Shown: piece by piece, positions 8,333 to 16,816 of the stretch | How the letters are laid out: the number at the start of each line of letters is the position of its first letter | How positions within the stretch are numbered: position 1 is the stretch's first letter | Assembly: GCA_009701845.1 (NCBI GenBank) | Contig: WLJI01000001.1 | Location: 1 to 53,876, forward strand | Reading direction: 5' to 3' | Source of the DNA: Actinomycetota bacterium | Lineage (GTDB): Bacteria; Actinomycetota; Acidimicrobiia; Acidimicrobiales; Microtrichaceae | DNA: 53,876 nt | Translations under genes and position numbers: made by a program | The notes under the pieces: generated by a model | The model's input: only the letters and a program-made list of their open reading frames with translations | The model's database searches: none | What the model was told of the DNA's origin: nothing

Positions 8333-9604
8333 CTACGCCAACGCCTCTTGCCACCCGACAATGGGGTCATCGCCAGGGCGGGGCTCTATCAGCGGGCAGC
8401 GGGTGCCTGTATAGATGGTGGGCATGCAGCGGTTGCAGTGCACACAACCCGAGCTGCTTGCCGTTCCGGCTTGGTATTTGTTGAGCAAATCAGGGTCGTG
8501 CAGCAGTGCTCGACCCATGGCAACAAAGGCAAACCCATCAGCGATTGCTGCCTGAGCAGTTTCGAGTTTGCTGATTCCACCCAGCAAAATCAGTGGCAGT
8601 TCAACTTGAGCTTGAACTTGTTTTGCTAAGGGCAAAAAGTACGCTTCTTCATAGGGGTAGCTGCGCAGGAATTTCTTGCCTACTAGCTTGAAACCTGGCC
8701 GTAGATACCAAGGCAACGTGGCACCGAATTGCTTGAGCGGCGCCCGCCCCTTGAACAAAAACATGGGATTCGCGAGCGAACTTCCTCCCGTGAGCTCAAG
8801 TGCGTCAAGGCCGCCGTCTGTTTGCAACCACTGAGCAACCTGAATGCTCTCGTCGATTCCCAATCCACCGCGGAACCCGTCAACCATATTGAGTTTTGCT
8901 GTTACTGCAACTGAGGTACCCACGGCTTCTCGAACGGCAAGCACAACCTGTCGGGCGAACCGAGCGCGGTTCTCTAACGAGCCACCAAAGCGGTCTGTGC
9001 GGGTGTTGAACTTTGGGCTGAGGAACGCGCTCAGCAAATAATTGTGACCAAGGTGGATCTCTAGCGCATCAAAGCCGGCTTCAACGCAGAGTCGAGCAGC
9101 GCTGGCATAGTCGGAAGTGATCCTGGCAATATCGGGTTCGGTGGCAGCACGGGTTCGGCGCATCCCTAGCGGGTTAAACATGCGGCTCGGCGAGATCGAC
9201 TGAGCACGGTTCGACGCAGCGTTGGCTACTGGCCCCGCATGGCCGATCTGTGCAGCAGCTAGCGCACCCTCTGAGTGAACTGCATCGGTCAGCCTGCGGA
9301 GCCCGGGAACGGCAGCGGGTACAAGCTGAATGCACTCGGCGTGTGTGCGGCCCTCGGCGGCAACCGAGAGGTACGCAACGGTGGTCATTGCAACCCCACC
9401 AGCAGCAACTCGGCGGTGGAAATCAATCAGTGAGTCAGTGACCAGCCCCTCCGGCGTGACCCCCTCAAACGTTGCTGCTTTGATCACACGATTCCGAAGC
9501 GTGAGAGGTCCAAGCTGCGCCGGTTCAAACAACGCTGAACCTGCCTGCGCAGGCCCTACAGACAGAGGTACACCCGAAGGTTCTGGAACGACAGAGTCAG
9601 ACAC
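8333..9604 (-). CDS. NADH:flavin oxidoreductase (Old Yellow Enzyme family)
   Basis: LRNRVIKAATFEG, QIGHAG, GFDALEIHLGHNYLLSAFLSP, RTDRFGGSLENRAR and a C-terminal CxxCNxC. Confidence 0.92.
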   Translation of the reverse strand: MSDSVVPEPSGVPLSVGPAQAGSALFEPAQLGPLTLRNRVIKAATFEGVTPEGLVTDSLIDFHRRVAAGGVAMTTVAYLSVAAEGRTHAECIQLVPAAVPGLRRLTDAVHSEGALAAAQIGHAGPVANAASNRAQSISPSRMFNPLGMRRTRAATEPDIARITSDYASAARLCVEAGFDALEIHLGHNYLLSAFLSPKFNTRTDRFGGSLENRARFARQVVLAVREAVGTSVAVTAKLNMVDGFRGGLGIDESIQVAQWLQTDGGLDALELTGGSSLANPMFLFKGRAPLKQFGATLPWYLRPGFKLVGKKFLRSYPYEEAYFLPLAKQVQAQVELPLILLGGISKLETAQAAIADGFAFVAMGRALLHDPDLLNKYQAGTASSSGCVHCNRCMPTIYTGTRCPLIEPRPGDDPIVGWQEALA

Positions 9605-9667
9605 CTAGATAGTCTGCCCGAAACCCTCCCTGCCCGAAACCGTGCCTAGCTGAACGACTTGCTCTCT

Positions 9668-10228
9668 CTAGGTTCGGTCATCTCTGTGACTCGTCGCGGC
9701 TTGCAGCAGAAAACCCTCTCCACGAACAGTCCTGATGGTCAGGCCAAGACCGCGACAGCGGCTGCGCAACCGATAGATCACTGCATCGACGGCACGCGGG
9801 CCTGGCGGCGACTCAGTCGGCCACAGGCTCTGCTCCAACACAGATCGGCGCACCGTCTCACCCGGTTGAGCAAGTAACGCTTTAGCGACCACAGCCTCGA
9901 AGACTGTGAGCACCGCAATGCGGCTGCCGCGGTGCAGCACCCGCTGATCGTCTAGCCAAAACTCAAGCGTGGATTGCTCACTCAGTGACCGTGCCAAGCG
10001 TCGAACTCGAGCCAAGAGGTCATCACTTCGATAGGGCGCTCGGATCCAATCCTCGTCATAGCCAAGGTCTTCGGGGGGTTGGCTGCTGTTCGACAACACA
10101 AGAATGCGAGGAATACCAGCGCGATCCAATGAACGCCGAACCGGCTCTTGCTCGGGCCAACGAAGCAGTTCGATTCCGTCAAAGCCAGGCAGATTCTCTG
10201 GCTGAACGGGCTCGGCTTGATTGCTCAC
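9668..10228 (-). CDS. OmpR/PhoB-type winged-helix DNA-binding protein with a degenerate (non-canonical) N-terminal domain
   Basis: LTVFEAVVAKALL...RAVDAVIYRLRSR...IRTVRGEGF is the Trans_reg_C pattern. No intact receiver domain. Confidence 0.8.
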   Translation of the reverse strand: MSNQAEPVQPENLPGFDGIELLRWPEQEPVRRSLDRAGIPRILVLSNSSQPPEDLGYDEDWIRAPYRSDDLLARVRRLARSLSEQSTLEFWLDDQRVLHRGSRIAVLTVFEAVVAKALLAQPGETVRRSVLEQSLWPTESPPGPRAVDAVIYRLRSRCRGLGLTIRTVRGEGFLLQAATSHRDDRT

Positions 10229-10250
10229 ATACTGAAGCTATGCAGCAGAG

Positions 10251-10277
10251 CTAACTCCATGGTTTCTTCCATGTTGC
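10251..10277 (-). promoter_or_regulatory. GlnR-box-like phased pentamers GCAAC-n6-GAAAC-n6-GTTAG
   Basis: Pentamers in 11-bp phase on the minus strand just upstream of the wHTH gene. Confidence 0.45.
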
Positions 10278-10309
10278 CACTCTGTGAACGCTTCTAGGCC
10301 CAGACCGAT

Positions 10310-11542
10310 CTAGGCCCGTTCCATGATCGAGTCATCTGAGCGGTAGGCCGTCTCAGCATGCTCCGAGAGATCGAGGCCATTCTCTTCGGATTCTTCAGAA
10401 ACCCGAATGCCGATGGTGGCTTTGAGCGCTAGAAGAATGAGTGCTGTAACAATCGCCGAGTACACAATCGTCACGCCATTTGCGATGGCCTGTTCGCCAA
10501 GCAATCGGAAGCCGCCACCATAGAAAAGTCCGTTCATGTGCTCGGCGCCGAAATACTCCGCATCGGCAAAGAGCCCGATCATGAGCGAGCCAACAAGGCC
10601 ACCCACGAAGTGAACTCCCACAACGTCAAGTGCGTCGTCATAGCCAGCGCGGAACTTCAGATGCACTGCAAAGCAACAAATCAGCCCAGCTGCCAGACCA
10701 ATAAAGATTGCAGACATCGATGACACATACCCGCAGGCCGGAGTGATCGCAACAAGGCCCGCCACGATGCCTGATGCAGCACCGAGGTTGGTGACGTGAC
10801 CGTCTTTGACTCGCTCAGCAACCGCCCAAGCGAGACCAGCGGCGGCAGCGGCCAAGAAGGTATTCATAAACGCTTGAACAGCTTGCCCATTGGCGTGCAA
10901 CGCAGATCCCGCATTAAAGCCAAACCAGCCGAACCACAAAATGCCTGTTCCAATCATCACCAAGGGCATGGAGTGCGGCGGGTGGCCTTCTTTAGGCCAG
11001 CCCTTGCGTTTGCCGAGAATCATGACCGCCACAAGTGCAGCGATACCGGCGTTCACATGGATCGCTGTTCCGCCAGCAAAGTCAAGCGAGCCTCGCACCC
11101 CGAGCCATCCGCCGTAGACCCACTTGAATACAGGCGCAAACACCAGCAGCATCCAGACGGGAGCAAAGATGGCCCATGCGGCGAACTTCATTCGATCGGC
11201 CACAGCACCAGAGATGAGTGCCGGAGTGATCACAGCAAACATTCCCAAGAAAATGACGGTCAGCAGGCTGCCCACCCCCTCTCCCGAAGCGATGCTCATG
11301 TTGTTCAGGAACGCTGCATCGAAGCCACCAAACCAGCTCGCCTGAGTATCTCCTCCGGCGATCGAGTAGCCGATAATGACCCACAAAACTGGAATCGTAA
11401 GCAGGCACCAGAAGTTCATCATCAGCATGTTCAGCACATTGCGGCTGCGATCCATCCCCCCATAAAAGAAAGCCAACCCCGGTGTCATAAACAACACCAG
11501 TGCCGAAGCAATCAGGACCCACGCAATATCACCGGAATTCAT
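10310..11542 (-). CDS. amtB: Ammonium transporter (Amt family)
   Basis: MTPGLAFFYGG, DFAGGTAIH, LWFGWFGFNAGS, DDALDVVGVH. Start ATG at 11542 with RBS agggg. Confidence 0.96.
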   Translation of the reverse strand: MNSGDIAWVLIASALVLFMTPGLAFFYGGMDRSRNVLNMLMMNFWCLLTIPVLWVIIGYSIAGGDTQASWFGGFDAAFLNNMSIASGEGVGSLLTVIFLGMFAVITPALISGAVADRMKFAAWAIFAPVWMLLVFAPVFKWVYGGWLGVRGSLDFAGGTAIHVNAGIAALVAVMILGKRKGWPKEGHPPHSMPLVMIGTGILWFGWFGFNAGSALHANGQAVQAFMNTFLAAAAAGLAWAVAERVKDGHVTNLGAASGIVAGLVAITPACGYVSSMSAIFIGLAAGLICCFAVHLKFRAGYDDALDVVGVHFVGGLVGSLMIGLFADAEYFGAEHMNGLFYGGGFRLLGEQAIANGVTIVYSAIVTALILLALKATIGIRVSEESEENGLDLSEHAETAYRSDDSIMERA

Positions 11543-11620
11543 GCTCTGCCCCCTGTTGGGTCGTTGTGTCGAAACGTGCACTCGGCTTACGAGCGAACTT
11601 CCACAGGTTTCAGGGTCATT

Positions 11621-11658
11621 GTTTCTAAATTGTTTCAACTCAGTACCAGCGGTATTAC
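11621..11658 (-). promoter_or_regulatory. GlnR-box-like array GTAAT-n6-GGTAC-n6-GAAAC-n6-GAAAC upstream of amt
   Basis: Four pentamers in exact 11-bp phase, resembling the actinobacterial GlnR consensus gTnAc-n6-GaAAc. Confidence 0.55.
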
Positions 11659-11725
11659 ATATGCCCTCAGCAGGAAACTGCTAAAGCCACTCCGGGTACC
11701 ACGCTGGCCGAACTACCCTGACCGG

Positions 11726-12988
11726 ATGTCTGATCGACCAGTAGTCCTTATTCTCGGTGCGGGTTTTGGCGGCATCGGTGCAGTTTCCAAACTGAAGAAA
11801 GCACCGGTCGACATCGTGTTGGTTGACCAGCACGACTACCACACCTTTCGGCCGCTGCTTTATCAAGTCGCCACCGACGTCCTCGACCCAACAACCGTTG
11901 GGTACCCCGTGCGCTCCTTTGTGGATCGACAACACAATCTGTCATTCACACAAGCAACCGTTGCTGGAATTGACCTTGAGAACCAAGTGGTGAGCTTCAC
12001 AGACTGGGAGCCTCAGCACTATGACTACCTGATTGTCGCTCTTGGGGGGAAAGCAAACTTCCTCAACATCAGTGGTGCACAAGAGCACTCCTTCCCGCTG
12101 TACACCCTCAATGACGCCGTGAAACTCAAGCATCAGGTTCTGAGCAAATTTGAGGCCGCAGATAGGTCACCCGAACTCGTCGAGTCCGGCGCTTTGAATA
12201 TGGTGATCGTTGGTGGTGGCCCAACCGGAGTCGAGACGGCGGGCGCAATGGCCGAGTTGTACTACTCCTCGCTAGCTCGCGACTTTCCGCGCCTACCCGT
12301 GGCTGACGCAACCATCACTCTGGTTGAGTACGGAGACCGCCTGCTCACCATGTTCAATCAAGGATTAAGCGACTACACCAAAGAGGCACTTGAGGAGCGT
12401 GGGGTACAGGTGCGGCTTGGTGAATCAGTTACTGAGATCGCTCCCACGTCTGTCACCTTGAACTCGGGAGAGACACTCAAAGCCCATACCACTGTCTGGG
12501 GAGCGGGGCTGTCTGCGGTTCCCTTAGCGAGCGCACTGTCTGATGACCTGCAACATGGTCGGGTTCCCACCGAGCCGATGTTGCATCTTGTCGATCACCC
12601 AGAGGTCTTTGTTATCGGAGATCTGGCTTGGACAACCGACACAAAGACCAACAAGGTACTTCCGCAGCTTGGTTCAGTGGCCCTGCAAGCCGGCGAGCAC
12701 GTGGGCAAGACCATTGACCGCATGACGCGCAAGCACAAAGAACCAGAGCCCTTTACATACTTAGACAAAGGCAGCATGGCAACCATTGGCCGCAAGGCTG
12801 CAGTCGCAGCGCTGCCACCTGATGTTCACATGACTGGAACCGCAGCGGCTTTGGTCTGGGGCACCGTTCACCTGGCACTTCTCAGCGGGGCAGAAAATCG
12901 CGCCGTTGCTGTAGCTAACTGGAGCTTCGCGTATATGCATCACGATCGCCCCTCACGAATCATCATCGATCTCGAGGATGAAGACTGA
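11726..12988 (+). CDS. ndh: Type II NADH dehydrogenase-family FAD oxidoreductase
   Basis: ILGAGFGG, PLLYQVAT, VGGGPTGVETAGAMAE, FVIGD and YLDKGSMATIGR. True start is ATG 11726. Confidence 0.9.
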   Translation: MSDRPVVLILGAGFGGIGAVSKLKKAPVDIVLVDQHDYHTFRPLLYQVATDVLDPTTVGYPVRSFVDRQHNLSFTQATVAGIDLENQVVSFTDWEPQHYDYLIVALGGKANFLNISGAQEHSFPLYTLNDAVKLKHQVLSKFEAADRSPELVESGALNMVIVGGGPTGVETAGAMAELYYSSLARDFPRLPVADATITLVEYGDRLLTMFNQGLSDYTKEALEERGVQVRLGESVTEIAPTSVTLNSGETLKAHTTVWGAGLSAVPLASALSDDLQHGRVPTEPMLHLVDHPEVFVIGDLAWTTDTKTNKVLPQLGSVALQAGEHVGKTIDRMTRKHKEPEPFTYLDKGSMATIGRKAAVAALPPDVHMTGTAAALVWGTVHLALLSGAENRAVAVANWSFAYMHHDRPSRIIIDLEDED

Positions 12989-13029
12989 CCACTTCGCCCG
13001 GGTCAGGCCAGAAAACTAGGTGAGCCGAG

Positions 13030-13752
13030 CTAGCCCAAGGTGGCGAGTGCCGAAGCCAGAATGAACCCAAAAACGGTGACGAGTCCGACCTCTCTGCCGC
13101 CGTTTGCAAAGGCTTGGGGCATCATCGTATTGGCCAACATGGCCAGTATCGATCCGGCAGCAAAAGCCTGAATGCTCGCCACGAGGTCTGGAGAAGCGTT
13201 GCCCAAGAGGCCGTAGCCAATGGCGGCCGCTGCAACCGACATGGCAACAATCCCGGACCAAACCCAGAGGATCCGTGCACGGGAATGCCCTGCGTTGCGC
13301 AAACCAACCGAAGCAGCCATTCCCTCTGGCATATTTGACAAGAACACAGCGACCACCATCGCCACGCTCACAGAGCCGCCACCCAACAGCGTCAGCCCAA
13401 TCGCCACTGACTCGGGCACACCGTCAAGGGTTGCACCAAGTACTAGCGATGGCCCCGAAACGGTTGCTCCAACGACCGGGTCTTCTCCGCTTGGAGTAAA
13501 CCGTTCAAGCAACCTGTCTCCGGCCCAAAAAACCACTGCTCCTGCAACGAGGCCGACTACGACCGAGGCGTCTTTGACCTCCTCATAGGCCTGCAAGACA
13601 AGTTCAAACGAGACTGCACTCAGCAAGGTCCCCGCTCCGAAACCCATAATCAGGCCGAGCACGCGCGACGATACGGGGACAAAGAACCCGATCAGTGCGC
13701 CGATCACTAACGCCGAGGAACCAACTGCGGCCCAGAAGGCGGCCGAGGCCAC
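13030..13752 (-). CDS. ZIP-family (ZupT/GufA-like) metal transporter
   Basis: MGFGAG, LDGVPES, FLSNMPEG and AFAAGSILAMLANTMMP, with multiple TM helices. Confidence 0.85.
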   Translation of the reverse strand: MASAAFWAAVGSSALVIGALIGFFVPVSSRVLGLIMGFGAGTLLSAVSFELVLQAYEEVKDASVVVGLVAGAVVFWAGDRLLERFTPSGEDPVVGATVSGPSLVLGATLDGVPESVAIGLTLLGGGSVSVAMVVAVFLSNMPEGMAASVGLRNAGHSRARILWVWSGIVAMSVAAAAIGYGLLGNASPDLVASIQAFAAGSILAMLANTMMPQAFANGGREVGLVTVFGFILASALATLG

Positions 13753-13778
13753 CTACAAGACCCCGGGGTGAGCGTAGA

Positions 13779-15020
13779 TCAATCGAAAACCTGACCGTGT
13801 TCAAAGCGTTCCGATGCGCCGGCAGCCGCAGTGAGCGCTGCAACGTTGTCTCGCGTAAAGAACCCTTCGTAGCCGTGGCAACGCTCGACATACTCAGTAA
13901 TCAACATGGAGTAGGGCGAACTCTTTGAGAAGATCTGCTTCAGGTTGGGCTCGTCTTTGCACTCTCCGACCACCCCAGCCAAGAACGGGGTTCCTAGCTT
14001 GGTCAGTTCGCTCACCACGTAGTCCACGTTCTTCATCTCATTGATATCGCCATCGCCAACCTCATAGGCCATGTGATGCATGCGCCGCCCAAAGTTACGA
14101 ACAAAGTCTTCGGTGGGCATCGGTAGGTTCTCGAATGAGTTCACAATGGCCGGGGTGTTGTTCGCTGTAAAGACCCGAGCTGGACTCAGCTTGTCGTCAG
14201 CGACATCGGGGTGACGAGTCACGTTGGTCGATGAGTTCATCTCTGCGATGTTGTACGCCCCCCAGAAGTAATAGGGAACCATCGTGAGGTACTCAAGAAG
14301 TGCGTCTTCACGTTCGCCTGCCAAGATTCGCGTTGCAAGATGATCAATCCCCAGAACCTTGTCTGCAATTCCATGCTCAGCCTGCAGGGTCTCCGAGGAC
14401 TCTATTAAGGCTTGACTCTCTGAAGAGATCTGCAATTTATCGCCCAGATTCAGCCCCTCAAGACTGTCGAGCGGAACGTCAACATAACCCACCCGGTTAT
14501 ATGTGAAGTCTGACAAGAACGTGAAGTTCAGATGCTCGCCACAGTAAAAGGGATTTGCAGTCTCTCCTTCATAGACAAAGCGCACACCTTGAGGTTCGAG
14601 CGCTGAGCGAACTGCGGCGACCGAGGTTGCCGTATAAATCTCGCCGATGTAGCGGGCGTTGGGCTTTGCTGCAGCCAGCGGGTACAACATGTTCCAGCGA
14701 GTGACCTCGTCTTCGAATGAGGACACGAGCGGTTCAAGCACGACCATGCGGGGGAACTCAGGTTGTGACTGCAACAAGTACACCTTGTGGGTGTCAGTCA
14801 TCCGGGCATCTACGAGTCGGTACGGGCCCATGAGCGCAAGCTCTGCAATGTATTTGATGGCGTCACCGTGCTCGACTTGAACCACCACCGCCGCCATGCG
14901 ATCCACAATCTCATCGAGCCCCGAATCGGCTCTGCGCGCAAACACCTTCGGCAGGTACTCCTCGAAGAAGCCTGAGTTCTTCTTGTCTCCCATAGGAACG
15001 TAAGTTGCAAGATCAATCAT
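13779..15020 (-). CDS. HPPD-like VOC-superfamily Fe(II) enzyme of unknown substrate
   Basis: GIDHLA, HHMAY, LKQIFS, EYVER and GFF..NVAAL parallel the C-terminal motifs of 4-hydroxyphenylpyruvate dioxygenase. Confidence 0.7.
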   Translation of the reverse strand: MIDLATYVPMGDKKNSGFFEEYLPKVFARRADSGLDEIVDRMAAVVVQVEHGDAIKYIAELALMGPYRLVDARMTDTHKVYLLQSQPEFPRMVVLEPLVSSFEDEVTRWNMLYPLAAAKPNARYIGEIYTATSVAAVRSALEPQGVRFVYEGETANPFYCGEHLNFTFLSDFTYNRVGYVDVPLDSLEGLNLGDKLQISSESQALIESSETLQAEHGIADKVLGIDHLATRILAGEREDALLEYLTMVPYYFWGAYNIAEMNSSTNVTRHPDVADDKLSPARVFTANNTPAIVNSFENLPMPTEDFVRNFGRRMHHMAYEVGDGDINEMKNVDYVVSELTKLGTPFLAGVVGECKDEPNLKQIFSKSSPYSMLITEYVERCHGYEGFFTRDNVAALTAAAGASERFEHGQVFD

Positions 15021-15025
15021 GTGAT

Positions 15026-16687
15026 TCAGCCATTCGATTCAGAGGTTGCGGTTGCCACAATGGGCACGCCGGACTGAGGCAATCCTGGCGGCATGAAGTT
15101 ATCCGACGTGCTGATATCCCACCCCAACTGCTCAAGCTCTGGCGCAGTGCCACCTATAAGCGAACCGGGGCTGAGGATCTGATAGTGATGGCTAATCGCG
15201 TCAACTTTGCCGTCGCTAAAGCGCTTGAAAATCATTGACGGGTGTAGCTGAGAGGTGTGATCGAGGCCCATGGCAGCGATCATTTCTGCCAAAGCTTCCA
15301 CGGTGTTGTCGTGGAACTGATGCACTCGTGTTGCCTTATCTGGCACGACAAGTGCTCTCTGCAATTTGGGGTTCTGTGTAGTGACTCCCACCGGGCACGT
15401 GTTGGTCTGGCACTTTTGTGACTGTATGCATCCCACCGCAAACATGAACCCTCGAGCCGAGTTACACCAATCTGCCCCGAGAGCCATGGAGCTTGCGATT
15501 GCAGAGGCCGTCACCATTTTGCCGCTCGCTCCGATTTTGAGTTTGTCGCGCAGGCCTGCCCCAACCATGACGTTATGCACCAGGACGAGCGCCGGCTGAA
15601 GTGGGAAGCCCATCGAGTCAGAGAACTCAAGCGGCGCGGCGCCCGTGCCGCCCTCGCCGCCATCCACAACGATGAAGTCGGGGCATATTCCTGTGTCGAT
15701 GATGGCATGAGCAATTGCCATGACCTCGAGAGGGTGACCAACGCACAATTTGAAGCCGACTGGTTTTCCACCAGAAAGCTCCCGGAGTTGTGCAATGAAC
15801 ATGCAGAGTCCCCGTGGGTCAGAAAAGGCCTGATGGTAGGTCGGAGAGAAGACAGTCTTGCCAACCGGCACCTGCCGAGCCTCGGCAATTTCCTCGGTGA
15901 CCTTGGCCGCAGGAAGAATGCCACCGTGGCCGGGTTTTGCTCCCTGAGAAAGCTTGATTTCGATCATCTTGATTTGCGGGTCAGTTGCATTTGCTGCGAA
16001 CTTTTCAGGGTCGAACGCACCCTCATCAGTTCGGCACCCGAAGTAGCCCGTTCCAATCTGCCAGATGAGGTCTCCGCCATTTTCACGGTGGTAGCGAGAG
16101 ATCCCACCCTCGCCAGTGTCATGCGCAAAGCCACCCTGTTTTGCCCCAAGGTTCATCGCTTGCACTGCTGCACGGCCGAGTGCGCCAAAGCTCATCGCAG
16201 AGATGTTGAGCACAGAAGAGGAATATGGCTGCGTGCAGTCTGGGCCTCCAATGGTGACCCGCAGATTCTTGCCGGCGTCTTTCACCACAGGGTGCGGGGC
16301 GATTGAGTGCGCCATCCAGGCATACTCACTGCCGTATACATCTTTCTCGGTGCCGAAGGGCTTCTCGTCTGCAACACCCTTTGCCCGGCGATACATCAGC
16401 GAGCGAGTGTCACGGTCAAACGGCTTGCCGCTGGTGTTGTCCTCGACAAGGTACTGATGAAGCTCGGGACCAATATCTTCGATGATGAACCGGAAGTGCC
16501 CCAGGATGGGAAAATTACGCAGGATGCTGTGCTGCTTCTGGTTGAGATCCCACAACCCCAGCAGAGCTAAGGGCACAAAGAGCAGTTCCGCTAACAGATA
16601 CCAAGGACTCAGCAAGCCAAGGAGTGCCGTAGCGAGAGCAAGAATGACCATTAGCCAAAGAAGCTTGGTGCCAACTTTTTGTATCAT
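15026..16687 (-). CDS. Stand-alone FMN-binding glutamate synthase family protein with an N-terminal membrane anchor
   Basis: ISAMSFGAL, DTGEGG, EIKLSQGAKPGHGG, VDGGEGGTGAAP and an Fe-S motif CIQSQKCQTNTCPVG. Confidence 0.92.
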   Translation of the reverse strand: MIQKVGTKLLWLMVILALATALLGLLSPWYLLAELLFVPLALLGLWDLNQKQHSILRNFPILGHFRFIIEDIGPELHQYLVEDNTSGKPFDRDTRSLMYRRAKGVADEKPFGTEKDVYGSEYAWMAHSIAPHPVVKDAGKNLRVTIGGPDCTQPYSSSVLNISAMSFGALGRAAVQAMNLGAKQGGFAHDTGEGGISRYHRENGGDLIWQIGTGYFGCRTDEGAFDPEKFAANATDPQIKMIEIKLSQGAKPGHGGILPAAKVTEEIAEARQVPVGKTVFSPTYHQAFSDPRGLCMFIAQLRELSGGKPVGFKLCVGHPLEVMAIAHAIIDTGICPDFIVVDGGEGGTGAAPLEFSDSMGFPLQPALVLVHNVMVGAGLRDKLKIGASGKMVTASAIASSMALGADWCNSARGFMFAVGCIQSQKCQTNTCPVGVTTQNPKLQRALVVPDKATRVHQFHDNTVEALAEMIAAMGLDHTSQLHPSMIFKRFSDGKVDAISHHYQILSPGSLIGGTAPELEQLGWDISTSDNFMPPGLPQSGVPIVATATSESNG

Positions 16688-16816
16688 TCAGAAGTCCTCA
16701 ATCGGAGAAGGTGGGGACCAGATTCTGACAGGTTCCCGGCATAAAGTCAGCCGTAACAGCAGGAACAACAGCGCGCTGCTACGTTGCACCCACAGCTTCT
16801 GCAAAGGATCACCAGA

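Noticed and set aside
10796-11725. 310-aa N-terminal extension making ndh a 730-aa ORF
   Set aside because: It is the antisense shadow of amt. The NDH-2 Rossmann motif begins right after ATG 11726.
13779-15020. Calling this hppD
   Set aside because: Only the C-terminal metal motifs resemble HPPD, and no homogentisate pathway genes are adjacent.
15026-16687. Calling this gltB or a gltB pseudogene
   Set aside because: It lacks the amidotransferase and GXGXG domains but is an intact ORF with its own TM N-terminus, matching the stand-alone FMN-binding family.
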